NCBI GenBank assembly: GCA_021790115.1 | Contig: JAJYIM010000002.1 | Span: 14,804 to 78,803, forward strand | Source of the DNA: Actinomycetes bacterium | Lineage (GTDB): Bacteria; Actinomycetota; Thermoleophilia; BMS3ABIN01 | Direction of reading: 5' to 3' | Length of the DNA: 64,000 bases | Part shown: piece by piece, positions 48,970 to 58,678 of the stretch | Position numbering within the stretch: the stretch's first letter is position 1 | Layout of the letters: every line of letters begins with the position of its first letter | Notes under the pieces: generated by a model | Told to the model about the DNA's origin: nothing | Databases searched by the model: none | What the model saw: the letters and a program-made list of their open reading frames with translations, nothing else | Position numbers and translations under genes: made by a program

Positions 48970-50466
48970 ATGGCTGTCTCGATCGCAGGAAAAACTGAAC
49001 AAGTGATAACGCTCACGGCACAAGAGATACGCCGGGCCTGCGCCGGAGAATTGCTCGCGGGCGCAGCCCAGACCCCGGTTACACGCGTGTGTACCGACAC
49101 CCGCGCTTCTTTAAGTGAATGCTTGTTTGTGGCCATAAGGGGGGAGCACTTCGACGGAAACGAATTTGCCGGCGAAGCGCTCCTGAAGGGCGCCACCGGA
49201 GTCGCGGCCGAAAGCGGGGCTGCCCGGCGGCTGGTGGCGGAGCTGGCCTTGGCCGGTGAAGGCAGCGCGGTCACCGCGGCGCCGGTGGTAATCGCGGTGC
49301 CGGAAACAGGAAGGGCGCTGAAGCAGATTGCCTCGCTGGTGGCGGCCCGCAGCCATGCGCAGGTGATTGGCATCACCGGAAGCACCGGCAAGACTTCCAC
49401 CAAGGATATTCTTTCCTGCCTGCTGAAACCGCAGTTAAATGTTGTCGCCAGCCGGGCGAGCTTCAACAATGAAGTGGGGGTGCCTCTGACCCTGCTGGCG
49501 ATCACTAATGATACCCAGGTGGCAGTCGTTGAGATGGGCATGCAGTCCCGCGGCGAAATTGCGGGGCTGTGTTCAATTGTCGCTCCCCAGATAGCCGTGA
49601 TCACAAATATCGGGCCGGCTCACCTGGAGTACGCCGGCAGCCTTGAGAATATCGCCCGCGGCAAGGCGGAGATTGCCCGCCGGCTGCCTCCCGGCGGCGG
49701 CCTCGTGCTGCCGTTTGGCGATCACCTGCTGCAGCAATTCCTGGAAGGGCTGAATGTGCGGCGGATAACCTTCGGTTTTGACCAGGCAGCGGATATTCAC
49801 CCGGCGGGCCCGGCACGGCTGGAAAACGGCCGCCTTTGCTGCACCATTGCCTGCCTTGGCGAAGAGCTTGACGTTTGTTTTAACTTCGATGCCAGGCATC
49901 AGTTGCTTAACGCCATGGCTGCCATCGGCGCTTACCGGCTGTTGGGGCTGCCGCTGGCCGGGGTGGCTGCCGCCGGCCGCGATGTCTGCCTTCCCAGCAT
50001 GCGGGGTGAGACGCTTTCCCTGCCCGGCGGCGGCATCCTGATTAACGATTGTTACAATGCTAACCCCATGTCAATGAACGCCGCCCTCGAGCACTTGGCT
50101 GCCGCGAGCAACGGCCGCCGCAGCGTGGCGGTGCTGGGAGATATGGCCGAGCTGGGTCCCCGGTCCCGGCAGCTGCACCGGCAGGTGGGCGCAGCCGCCG
50201 CAGCCCTGGGCATCGACTGCCTTGTTGCTATAGGCGAGCTGGCCGCCGGGTTCATCGAAGGCGCCCGCGGCGCCGGCGCCTTGGGGAAGCTCCATTATTT
50301 TACTGACCGCGAGGCGGCCATTTCAGGCGTGCGGGAGCTGATCCGGCCCGGTGATGCGGTCCTGGTCAAAGGTTCGCGCTGCATGAGATTGGAGCAGCTG
50401 AGCGGGCTGTTAACGGCAGGCGGCAAGGAGGGCGGCAAGACAAGTTCGCGGAGAGAAAGCCGTTAG
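48970..50466 (+). CDS. murF: UDP-N-acetylmuramoyl-tripeptide--D-alanyl-D-alanine ligase MurF
   Basis: Mur ligase motifs GITGSTGKTSTK and DCYNANP. The ORF-track start at 48940 lies inside the repeat; ATG 48970 is more likely. Confidence 0.85.
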   Translation: MAVSIAGKTEQVITLTAQEIRRACAGELLAGAAQTPVTRVCTDTRASLSECLFVAIRGEHFDGNEFAGEALLKGATGVAAESGAARRLVAELALAGEGSAVTAAPVVIAVPETGRALKQIASLVAARSHAQVIGITGSTGKTSTKDILSCLLKPQLNVVASRASFNNEVGVPLTLLAITNDTQVAVVEMGMQSRGEIAGLCSIVAPQIAVITNIGPAHLEYAGSLENIARGKAEIARRLPPGGGLVLPFGDHLLQQFLEGLNVRRITFGFDQAADIHPAGPARLENGRLCCTIACLGEELDVCFNFDARHQLLNAMAAIGAYRLLGLPLAGVAAAGRDVCLPSMRGETLSLPGGGILINDCYNANPMSMNAALEHLAAASNGRRSVAVLGDMAELGPRSRQLHRQVGAAAAALGIDCLVAIGELAAGFIEGARGAGALGKLHYFTDREAAISGVRELIRPGDAVLVKGSRCMRLEQLSGLLTAGGKEGGKTSSRRESR

Positions 50467-50468
50467 GC

Positions 50469-51440
50469 ATGTTTAAAATCCTGGCTGCCGGCCTGGCCTC
50501 GATGCTGATAACCCTCTTCTTGGGACCAAAATTCATTGCCTTTGTCAGGGAGAACGAATTCGGCCAGCAGATCCGCGAGGAAGGGCCCGAAGAGCATCAC
50601 CGCACCAAGAAAGGCATCCCCACCCTGGGCGGGCTGTTGATCGTCGCGGGCGTGGCTGCGCCTTTCCTGATTCTGAGCCAGCGCAGCGTTGCCGGCTTGC
50701 TGGTGCTGACTACGGCGTTTGGCTGTGCCGCAATAGGTTTTGCCGACGACCTGGCTAAAATCAGGATGAAGCGCTCACTTGGGCTGCGGGCGCGCGGCAA
50801 GGTGGGCCTGCAACTGGTGCTGGCCGTGGCGGTTGGCCTGGTCGCCGTCCATTACGGCGGCATGCAGGAATCGATCCGGCTGCCGCTGAGCGGGCACGTC
50901 ATCGGCGTCGGTTTTGCCTATTACTTGATTATATTTTTGGTTGTGGTAGGAACCTCCAATGCCGTTAATCTCACCGACGGCCTGGATGGCCTGGCAGCAG
51001 GCGCTGTGACGGTGACCATGCTCACCTACACGGCGATTGCTTTTCTCACCAACCAAATGGACCTGGGGATCATCTCCGCCTGCATCGGCGGTGCCTGCGT
51101 CGGTTTTCTCTGGTTCAATTCATTTCCGGCGGAGGTATTCATGGGCGACACCGGCTCGCTGGGCCTGGGCGGGGCGATCGCTGCCCTGGCGGTGATGACG
51201 CGGACCGAGCTTCTGTTGCTGGTCATCGGCGGCCTGTTTGCCGCAGAGGCGCTGTCGGTCATCATCCAGGTCCTTAGTTTCAAACTGTTCAAAAAGCGGG
51301 TCTTTCTGATGACGCCCATCCATCATCATTTCGAGCTGCTGGCCTGGTCGGAGACAAAAATCATCATGCGTTTTTGGATCATTGGCGCCATTTTTGCTTC
51401 CACGGGATTCACGATATTTTACCTGTCGGTGCCGCGCTGA
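50469..51440 (+). CDS. mraY: Phospho-N-acetylmuramoyl-pentapeptide transferase MraY
   Basis: NAVNLTDGLDGLA, HHHFEL. Confidence 0.9.
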   Translation: MFKILAAGLASMLITLFLGPKFIAFVRENEFGQQIREEGPEEHHRTKKGIPTLGGLLIVAGVAAPFLILSQRSVAGLLVLTTAFGCAAIGFADDLAKIRMKRSLGLRARGKVGLQLVLAVAVGLVAVHYGGMQESIRLPLSGHVIGVGFAYYLIIFLVVVGTSNAVNLTDGLDGLAAGAVTVTMLTYTAIAFLTNQMDLGIISACIGGACVGFLWFNSFPAEVFMGDTGSLGLGGAIAALAVMTRTELLLLVIGGLFAAEALSVIIQVLSFKLFKKRVFLMTPIHHHFELLAWSETKIIMRFWIIGAIFASTGFTIFYLSVPR

Positions 51441-51446
51441 ATAAGC

Positions 51447-51619
51447 GGATATTGGATCTTGGACTTTGGATTTTACCCGAGACCATTCGGCTATGCCTGG
51501 AGAGCTTGGTTTGAGCAAGGCGAGGGACGGCAGAATGTTTGAGCTAACAGGATGAGCAGTAAAAACAAAAAGCGGGACTTGACTCAATGTCCAAGGTCCA
51601 ATATCCAAAATCCAAAGTC
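51447..51619 (+). promoter_or_regulatory. Inverted heptamer-array cassette upstream of murD: GGATATTGGATCTTGGACTTTGGATTTT (51447-51474) ... TTGACT (51579-51584) ... reverse-complement arm TCCAAGGTCCAATATCCAAAATCCAAAG (51590-51619)
   Basis: Read directly. The arms are reverse complements about 115 bp apart. Confidence 0.55.
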
Positions 51620-53125
51620 TGGTTTGAGGGCAATTTGCTGATTGCCGGCGCCGCCCGTTCCGGCAGGGCGGCGGCGCTGCTGGCGCGCCGCCTGTTGCCA
51701 GACGCGGAAGTCGTGGTTTGCGATCAAAGCGGCCGGCCGGCGCCGGAGGAAGAGCTGGCGGCGCTGGCGGCGGCGGGGGTGAAGCTTAAGCTGGGCAACC
51801 AGGATGCCAGCCTGCTTGACGGCTGCGGCCTGCTGGTAAAGAGCCCGGGTGTGCCGGCTGAGATTCCCCTTATCAGGGAAGCGCGGCGGCGCGGCGTTGC
51901 TGTCTGGGGCGAGATCGAGTTTGCCAGCCGTTTTTTGCCGAACCCTGTTATTGGCATAACGGGCACAAACGGCAAGACGACGGCCAGCGAGCTGGTTGGC
52001 CATATTCTCAGGGGAGCCGGCTGGCGGTGCCGGGTAGCCGGAAATGTAGGCACGGCGCTTTCATCGCTTGCGGGAGTCGTTGACAAAGATGACATTATCG
52101 TGGTGGAGCTCTCCAGTTTCCAGCTGGAGGACATCGTGGACTTCCGCGCTCATGTCGCCGTGCTGCTTAACTTAAGCGAGGATCACCTGGACCGCCACGC
52201 CGACGCCGCCGGGTATTATGCCGCCAAGATGAGGATCTTCGGGGGGCAGGAAGCGGGAGATGTGGCTGTTCTTAATGCGGGTGATCCTGCCGTAGCGGCG
52301 GCGCGCATTTCCGGGCAGGCCGGCAAGGTCTGGTTTGGTGTTCATGATGGCGAAATTGCCGGCGGCAGGCAGGGGTTGCCGGCGTTGGCAGTTTTTGCCA
52401 GCGGTGGAGAAATCAGGGCGGACATGGATCAGCTTGGCGCCGCTGCCCGCAAGGTCAGGGCCCGGTTTGCGGCTGCTTCCCCAGCGCCTGCATCTTGCGC
52501 GGGCGGCAGGAAAGCCGCCGCCGCCGGCGAAGACTCGGGAGGAAGTTTTGCGAAGATTATTTCCTGGCCGGAAGCTTCGATCAAAGGCGAGCATAACCTG
52601 GAAAACTCGCTGGCGGCCGCGGCCGTGTGCCTCTCCGCGGGGCTTTCCCCGGCTCAGGTAGCCGCCGGCTTGAGAAGTTTTCCCGGAGTGCCGCACCGGC
52701 TGCAGCGTGTGGCCGAGGTGGGCGGCGTCACATACGTCAATGACTCCAAGGCCACCAATGTCGCCGCCGCGGTCAAGGCGCTGACCGCCTTTGACAATGG
52801 TGTTCATTTGATCTTGGGAGGCAGCCGGAAGGGGTGCTCTTTTGCGGGGCTGGCGCAGGCGGCCGCCACCGGCAAGGTGAAAGAAGTAATTGCCATCGGT
52901 GAGGCGGCGGCCGAGATCGCCACCAGTTTTAAGCAGGTTGATAAAACTGTAATGGTTGTTGATGGTTTGGAAGATGCGGTCAGAGCCGCGGCCGAGGATG
53001 CTGTCCCCGGCGATGTTGTCTTGCTGGCGCCGGCTTGCGCCAGTTTTGACCAGTACGGCAACTTTGAGCAGCGGGGAGAGCATTTTATCTCCCTGGTAAG
53101 TCAATTGAAGACGGAGGCAGGTTGA
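51587..53125 (+). CDS. murD: UDP-N-acetylmuramoylalanine--D-glutamate ligase MurD (the true start may be TTG 51635 after GAGGG)
   Basis: GITGTNGKTT and Mur ligase central/C-terminal domains. The first 16 codons of the ORF-track start are encoded by the heptamer arm. Confidence 0.85.
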   Translation: MSKVQYPKSKVWFEGNLLIAGAARSGRAAALLARRLLPDAEVVVCDQSGRPAPEEELAALAAAGVKLKLGNQDASLLDGCGLLVKSPGVPAEIPLIREARRRGVAVWGEIEFASRFLPNPVIGITGTNGKTTASELVGHILRGAGWRCRVAGNVGTALSSLAGVVDKDDIIVVELSSFQLEDIVDFRAHVAVLLNLSEDHLDRHADAAGYYAAKMRIFGGQEAGDVAVLNAGDPAVAAARISGQAGKVWFGVHDGEIAGGRQGLPALAVFASGGEIRADMDQLGAAARKVRARFAAASPAPASCAGGRKAAAAGEDSGGSFAKIISWPEASIKGEHNLENSLAAAAVCLSAGLSPAQVAAGLRSFPGVPHRLQRVAEVGGVTYVNDSKATNVAAAVKALTAFDNGVHLILGGSRKGCSFAGLAQAAATGKVKEVIAIGEAAAEIATSFKQVDKTVMVVDGLEDAVRAAAEDAVPGDVVLLAPACASFDQYGNFEQRGEHFISLVSQLKTEAG

Positions 53126-54414
53126 GCGGCAAGCCCGGAAAGAGGCCGGGCCGGAAATTCGGCGGCCGGATCAGGGGCGCGCGCCCGGCGCACCGGCCGG
53201 GCGGCACGACAGAATACTTTGTGCTGACTGTCCTGACGATGGTGCTGTTGGCGTTTGGCGTCGTGATGGTTTTTAGCGCCAGCTGGGCCAGTTCCTATCT
53301 GGGCGAGACCCACGACAGCTTATATTATCTGAAGCGCGAGCTTGTCTTTGCCGCTGCGGGCCTGGCGTTAATGTTTATCATGGCCCGCTTCGATTATACG
53401 CGCCTGCGGAAGCTGGCGCCTCTGCTGATGGCTGCTTCGCTTCTGCTGCTGGTTTTGGTATTAGTCCCCGGGATCGGTCACAAGATCAATGGCGCCCGCC
53501 GCTGGATTGGCGTCGGCATGGGTGGTTTCCAGCCGCAGCCGGCAGAACTGGCCAAGCTGGCGGTCATTCTCTATGTGGCGGCGGTGATGTCCGCCCGGCG
53601 GCTCCTGCTGAAGAGCTTAAGCGGAATGGCTCTGCCGCTGCTGGTGATGCCGGCCCTGGCCTGCGGCCTGGTGCTGGTCGAGCCGGATCTGGGGACAGCT
53701 TTAACTATATGTATTATCTTTGCTTCAATGCTGATCATTGGCGGCGTCCGGCTGCGGCTGCTGGCGCTGCCGGCGCTTGGCGGCGCCCTGGTGACGGGAT
53801 TATCTGTGCTGGTCTCTCCGCATCAGGCATCGCGCATCACTACTTTCCTTGATCCCTGGAAGCACGCCCAGGGTTCGGGTTACCAGATTATCCAGTCCCT
53901 GGTCGGCCTGGCTTCCGGCGGCCTCCTCGGGGTCGGCATCGGCAATGGTGTGCAGAAATTCGACTGGCTGCCGGAAAATCACACTGATATGATCTTGTCA
54001 ATCATCGGCGAGGAGCTAGGGCTGATCGGAGTGCTGGCGGTGCTGCTCTGCTTCGCTGTCCTTGCTTTTATTGGCTACCGCATCGCTCTCAAGTGCCGTG
54101 ACCCGTTTGGCAAGTACGTGGCAGCCGGGATCACGACCCTGATAGTAGGCCAGGCCGCCGTCAATTTCTGCGCCGTGACGGGAATGCTGCCGCTAACGGG
54201 CGTGCCGCTGCCGATCATCAGCTATGGTGGCAGCAGCCTCGTCGTCATCCTGGCAAACATAGGTATTTTGCTCAACATCGCAATCAATCCACGGAGTAGA
54301 ATTGCCGCTCCCGGCACAAGGAATTTCAAAGCAATTGAAGGTGGTAATCGCAGCCGGAGGAACGGCCGGGCATCTGGTGCCCGCGCTGGCTCTCGCCGAC
54401 GCGCTCACGGGTAG
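53122..54414 (+). CDS. ftsW: Peptidoglycan glycosyltransferase FtsW (SEDS family)
   Basis: SEDS motifs (GINGARRWIG, PQPAELAK, SDMIL). 10 TM. Confidence 0.85.
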   Translation: MSGKPGKRPGRKFGGRIRGARPAHRPGGTTEYFVLTVLTMVLLAFGVVMVFSASWASSYLGETHDSLYYLKRELVFAAAGLALMFIMARFDYTRLRKLAPLLMAASLLLLVLVLVPGIGHKINGARRWIGVGMGGFQPQPAELAKLAVILYVAAVMSARRLLLKSLSGMALPLLVMPALACGLVLVEPDLGTALTICIIFASMLIIGGVRLRLLALPALGGALVTGLSVLVSPHQASRITTFLDPWKHAQGSGYQIIQSLVGLASGGLLGVGIGNGVQKFDWLPENHTDMILSIIGEELGLIGVLAVLLCFAVLAFIGYRIALKCRDPFGKYVAAGITTLIVGQAAVNFCAVTGMLPLTGVPLPIISYGGSSLVVILANIGILLNIAINPRSRIAAPGTRNFKAIEGGNRSRRNGRASGARAGSRRRAHG

Positions 54415-55477
54415 GGGCGCCGGGGTTTCCTTTATCGGCACTGCCCGGGGGCTGGAGGCCAGTCTGGTGCCGGAGGCCGGCTACGAGCTTGACCAGGCTG
54501 ACTTGAGGGGCCTGGAGCGGCGGTTGTCACCCCGGTTTCTCCTTTTCTTCTGGTCGCTGTTTAAAGGCAGTTTTGACTCCCTGGCGATTCTCAGGCGCAG
54601 GCGGCCTGACGTTGTGGTCGGCGGCGGCGGCTATGTCAGCGCCGTGCCGGTTTTTGTGGCGGCTGTTACGGGCGCGCCTGTGCTGATCGTCGAGCTTGAT
54701 TCCCATATGGGATTGGCCAACCGCGTCCTTGCGCCTTTTGCCGGCCTTGTCTGCTTAAGCTTTCCGATCCCGGGAAAGACAGGGGAAAAATACGCAATCA
54801 CCGGGCGGCCACTGCCGGGAAGGCTGCTGACGGCCAATCCGGACGAAGGGAGGAGAAGGTTTAATTTAAACGGCGATTTGCCGGTGGTGCTGGTAAGCGG
54901 CGGCAGCCTGGGGGCAAAGTCCATCAACATGGCTTGCGCGGAGGCATTCGGGAGGGGCCGGCTGGAGCTGCAACTTGTGCACGTCAGCGGCAGGCGCGAC
55001 TTTGAAACTGTCAGACGCCTCTTGCAGGAGCAGGGTGCAGATCTGGAGAATTATCATTTGCTAGACTATACAAATGATTTACCCTTGGCGATGGCGGCAG
55101 CGGACCTGGTGGTAGGACGGTCCGGGGCGTCTGTGCTGGAAGTGGCGGCGCTGGGAAAGCCGGCGCTGCTTATTCCTTATCCCCACGCGACCGCCAGTCA
55201 CCAGCTTCATAATGCGCAATGGATGGCCGGCGCCGGCGCAGCCGAGGTTATCGAGGACAGCGAGCTTACGGGCAGCGTGTTCAGGGAGCGGGTGTTGGCC
55301 CTGCTGGATAATCCGGCGCGACTGCATCAGATGGCGGCCGCCAGCGCCGCCCTGGGCCGCCGGGACGGGGCCGAACGGATTGCAGACGAGGTGCTGAAAT
55401 TGAATAAGCGGATGCCGGATTCTGGAGCCCGGACGCTGGCCAGGACCAAAAAAGCAAATAAGCAACTTGATAAATAG
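54302..55477 (+). CDS. murG: Undecaprenyldiphospho-muramoylpentapeptide beta-N-acetylglucosaminyltransferase MurG
   Basis: AAGGTAGHLVPALA, GGSLGA. The ORF-track start overlaps ftsW by 113 nt and the true start is probably about 54340. The C-terminal tail (KRMPDSGARTLARTKKANKQLDK) is encoded by a repeat cassette. Confidence 0.85.
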   Translation: MPLPAQGISKQLKVVIAAGGTAGHLVPALALADALTGRGAGVSFIGTARGLEASLVPEAGYELDQADLRGLERRLSPRFLLFFWSLFKGSFDSLAILRRRRPDVVVGGGGYVSAVPVFVAAVTGAPVLIVELDSHMGLANRVLAPFAGLVCLSFPIPGKTGEKYAITGRPLPGRLLTANPDEGRRRFNLNGDLPVVLVSGGSLGAKSINMACAEAFGRGRLELQLVHVSGRRDFETVRRLLQEQGADLENYHLLDYTNDLPLAMAAADLVVGRSGASVLEVAALGKPALLIPYPHATASHQLHNAQWMAGAGAAEVIEDSELTGSVFRERVLALLDNPARLHQMAAASAALGRRDGAERIADEVLKLNKRMPDSGARTLARTKKANKQLDK

Positions 55478-55520
55478 AAAATAATCGTCATAATCTGCCG
55501 AACTTGGAACTTTGAACTCT
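55408..55520 (+). promoter_or_regulatory. Repeat/promoter cassette overlapping the murG 3' end: GGATGCC-GGATTCT-GGAGCCC-GGACGCT, an A-rich tract, TTGATA (55467-55472)-N16-CATAAT (55489-55494), then GAACTTGGAACTTTGAACTCT
   Basis: Read directly. Confidence 0.55.
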
Positions 55521-56900
55521 AGGCCGCGAAAACTTCATTTCATTGGCATTGGCGGCGCCGGCATGAGCGGCATCGCCCAGGTTGCTCACAGCCTTGGCTA
55601 TCAGGTCACCGGATCTGACCTGAAGCGCTCCCGCTTCACGCGCATGCTTGACCAAAGCGGCATCCCTGTCTCTTTCGGGCATGACCCGGCCCATCTGGGA
55701 GATGCTGACGCCGTCGTTGTCTCGACCGCTATCCCTTCTCAAAATGTGGAGCTCAGGGCTGCCCTGGAGCGGAAGCTGCCGGTTTATCACCGCGCCCAGA
55801 TGCTTGCTGAGCTGATGGGCATGAAGCGGGGCGTCGCCATCGCCGGCACGCATGGCAAGACCACCACCACTTCGATGGTCGCGCACGCCATGGAGCTGCT
55901 GGACCTTGAGCCGTCCTATGTGGTGGGAGGGGAGCTTAACGATGTCGGCAGCAATGCCCGCGCCGGCGCCGGCGACTGGCTTGTCGCCGAAGCTGATGAG
56001 AGTGATGGCTCCCTTCTTTTTCTGCATCCCGAAATTGCCGCCATCACTAATGTCGAGCTTGACCATCATTCCCATTACAGCTCACTTGACCAGATATTAC
56101 AGGTATTTGAGACATTCGTGTCGGCGCTGCCTGAGACAGGCGCCCTGGTGATCTGGGACACGCCGCTGCTGAAAGAGCTGGCTTTTGCCACAAAGGCCGC
56201 TGTTATTACTTATGGTTTAGACGACAGCGCCGATTACCGCGCCGGCAACATTCTCGTCACCAAGGAAGGGACCAGTTTCGACCTGGAATGTCCCGGCGGC
56301 AATGGACGCAGCCAGGTAGCGCTCTCGGTGCGGGGATCGCACAATGTTTTAAATGCGCTGGCGGCGCTGGCGGTCCTGGACCAGGTTGGCCTGAGGCCGG
56401 CCCAGGCCGCGCCGGCGCTGGCCAGGTTCACCGGCGCCGCCCGCCGCTTCCAGGTAAAAGGCGAGGCCGGCGGCGTCACTGTCGTTGACGATTACGCCCA
56501 CCACCCGACCGAGGTCAGGGCAACGCTGGAAGCCGCCCGAGCGGCAGGTTGGCAGCGGATAATCGGCGCATTTCAGCCTCATCTTTTTTCACGCACCCGC
56601 TATCTTCATGACGAGCTGGGGCGGGTGCTCAATCTGTGCGATCTTGCCATCGTTACAGATGTGTTTGGGGCCCGGGAGGAACCCGAGCCCGGCATTAGCG
56701 GCAAGCTGATCGTCGACTCAGCGCTCAAATGGGAGCCGGGGGCCGACGTCGCTTATATTCCTCGCAGCCGTGACATCGTGCCATTGTTGCTGCGCGAGCT
56801 TAAGCCCGGCGACCTGGTTGTTACCCTGGGCGCGGGCGACATCTTTAAAGTTGGCGAAGACCTGCTGGCGGCACTGGAACGGCAGGAGAGCCTTGTTTGA
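55512..56900 (+). CDS. murC: UDP-N-acetylmuramate--L-alanine ligase MurC (TTG start)
   Basis: HFIGIGGAGMSGIA, GTHGKTTTTSM. Confidence 0.9.
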   Translation: MNSRPRKLHFIGIGGAGMSGIAQVAHSLGYQVTGSDLKRSRFTRMLDQSGIPVSFGHDPAHLGDADAVVVSTAIPSQNVELRAALERKLPVYHRAQMLAELMGMKRGVAIAGTHGKTTTTSMVAHAMELLDLEPSYVVGGELNDVGSNARAGAGDWLVAEADESDGSLLFLHPEIAAITNVELDHHSHYSSLDQILQVFETFVSALPETGALVIWDTPLLKELAFATKAAVITYGLDDSADYRAGNILVTKEGTSFDLECPGGNGRSQVALSVRGSHNVLNALAALAVLDQVGLRPAQAAPALARFTGAARRFQVKGEAGGVTVVDDYAHHPTEVRATLEAARAAGWQRIIGAFQPHLFSRTRYLHDELGRVLNLCDLAIVTDVFGAREEPEPGISGKLIVDSALKWEPGADVAYIPRSRDIVPLLLRELKPGDLVVTLGAGDIFKVGEDLLAALERQESLV

Positions 56901-57831
56901 GGCAGGCTCCGTTGACAGCGAGGCCCGCGCCGGGCTGGAGCAGGCCGCAGGACGTCCGGGAGCCGCCGGCGTTGGCTTTGACAGGTTGATAACTATTGGC
57001 TGCGGCGGCCCTGCCGCCTTTTTCATTGAAGCCGACAGCACCGCCCACTTGGCGGCTATTCTGGCGGCGTCGTCGCAGCATGATCTTCCCTGGTTTTTGC
57101 TGGGGCGTGGTTCGAACCTGCTGGTGGCGGACGACGGCTGGCCGGGCGTAGTCATCCGGCTGACCGGTGATCTCAAGCAATGCCGTCGAGACGGAGACCG
57201 GCTTGATTGCGGCGCCGGCGTTTCATTGCCGGCGGCAGCAGCCGCCGCTCAGGCCGCGGCCCTTTCCGGCCTGGAGCCGCTGGCCGGTATCCCCGGCACT
57301 ATCGGCGGGGCAGTGGCCATGAACGCAGGCGCTTTTGGGACCACGATTGGTGATCTGGTCAGCAGGGTAGTAATTTGTTTTCCGGGTGAGACAGCGGTGC
57401 TTGACCAGGACAAGCTGGAATTTGGCTACCGGAGCGCGCGCCTGCCTGTCGGGGGCGTGGTAGCCAGAGCCGTGCTGACGCTAAAGCCGGCGCAGCCGGA
57501 TGACATCAAAAACACGATGCGCGAATTTAGCGGGCAAAGGACAGCCTCCCAGCCGGCTGGCGGCAAGACGTGCGGCAGCGTATTTAAGAATCCTCCCGTT
57601 GGGAAAAGCGCCGGTTTTCTGCTGGACCGCGCCGGCTGCAAAGGGGTCCGCAGCGGCGGCGCCAGTGTTTCCTCAACACATGCAAATTTCATTGTCAACG
57701 ATGGTGGCGCCAGCGCCGCCGACGTGCTTGACTTGATGAACAATTGCCGCCGCCGCGTTTACGACCATTACGGGATAGTGCTCGAGCCGGAGGTCGGGCT
57801 GCTGGGCATCAATCTGGATCCGTTGCCGTGA
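56893..57831 (+). CDS. murB: UDP-N-acetylenolpyruvoylglucosamine reductase MurB
   Basis: FAD-binding GGPA and GRGSNLLV motifs. TTG 56893 after GGAG overlaps the murC stop. Confidence 0.85.
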   Translation: MFEAGSVDSEARAGLEQAAGRPGAAGVGFDRLITIGCGGPAAFFIEADSTAHLAAILAASSQHDLPWFLLGRGSNLLVADDGWPGVVIRLTGDLKQCRRDGDRLDCGAGVSLPAAAAAAQAAALSGLEPLAGIPGTIGGAVAMNAGAFGTTIGDLVSRVVICFPGETAVLDQDKLEFGYRSARLPVGGVVARAVLTLKPAQPDDIKNTMREFSGQRTASQPAGGKTCGSVFKNPPVGKSAGFLLDRAGCKGVRSGGASVSSTHANFIVNDGGASAADVLDLMNNCRRRVYDHYGIVLEPEVGLLGINLDPLP

Positions 57832-58550
57832 GCGGCGGTGGTTTTCACTGGCCGTGGCGGTTGAGTTTTTTGCTGCTGTTGCTGCTGGCGGTTTGCCTCG
57901 CTGTTTTTTTCTGGTTGAGCCGGTCTTCGCTTCTGGCAGTCGAGCACATTGACGTTGATGGCAACAGCGCCACACCCACGGATCAGATACTGGAAAAAGC
58001 CGCCCCCCTGCTGGACGGGCGCAGTCTGCTCAGCTTTTCTTTTGCTGGCGTTGACGCTGCGCTAAAACAGCTTCCCTTTATAGCCGGGGTTGAGATCGAC
58101 AGGGATTTTCCCCACACGATTCACCTGCACATTTATGAGCGCCAACCGGTAGCCTGGCTGAAGACTGCTGATAAGTATTTATTGTTGTCAAGTGACGGCT
58201 ATGTTCTTGCCGCTGCGCCCGGACCCGGGCAGGATCTGCCGCTGTTGACAACCAAAGACCCTTGCAACTCTGAAGTTGGTCAACGCGCCGGTTGTGCCGA
58301 CGTCAGCACCGGCATCGACTTCCTGGGTGACGTGCCGGAAAATTTCAACCAGGAATTTAGCGAAGTCGCGGTGGCCGCTGGCGATATCAGCGCCAAGACC
58401 AAAACAAGCGTAAGTGTGCATTTCGGCTCGCTCGCGAACTACAGTCTCAAGTTTGAGGTGCTGAAGCAACTGATCGCCAGGGCGGCGGCCGCCGGCCAAA
58501 CGGTCTCGGTAGATGTCTCCGTTCCCGAGCGGCCCGTAACGAAAAGATAA
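57826..58550 (+). CDS. ftsQ: Cell division protein FtsQ/DivIB
   Basis: Single TM (LLLLLLAVCLAVFFWL) then a POTRA-like region. GTG 57826 overlaps the murB stop (GTGA). Confidence 0.7.
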
Positions 58551-58552
58551 AA

Positions 58553-58665
58553 CCGGATGGTGGATAGTGGATAAACCCAAAAAACCAAAACCCAAAAAAC
58601 CAGAACCTAACTTATAAACGGAAAATAATCATCATATCTTTTCGGAAACCAGAAGTCGGAAACCA
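58553..58665 (+). promoter_or_regulatory. Repeat/promoter cassette upstream of ftsA: GGATGGT-GGATAGT-GGAT, AAACCCAAAAAACCAAAACCCAAAAAACCAGAACC, TTATAA-N15-CATATC, then CGGAAACC-N6-CGGAAACC
   Basis: Read directly. Confidence 0.5.
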
Positions 58666-58678
58666 TTCCTAATCTGCA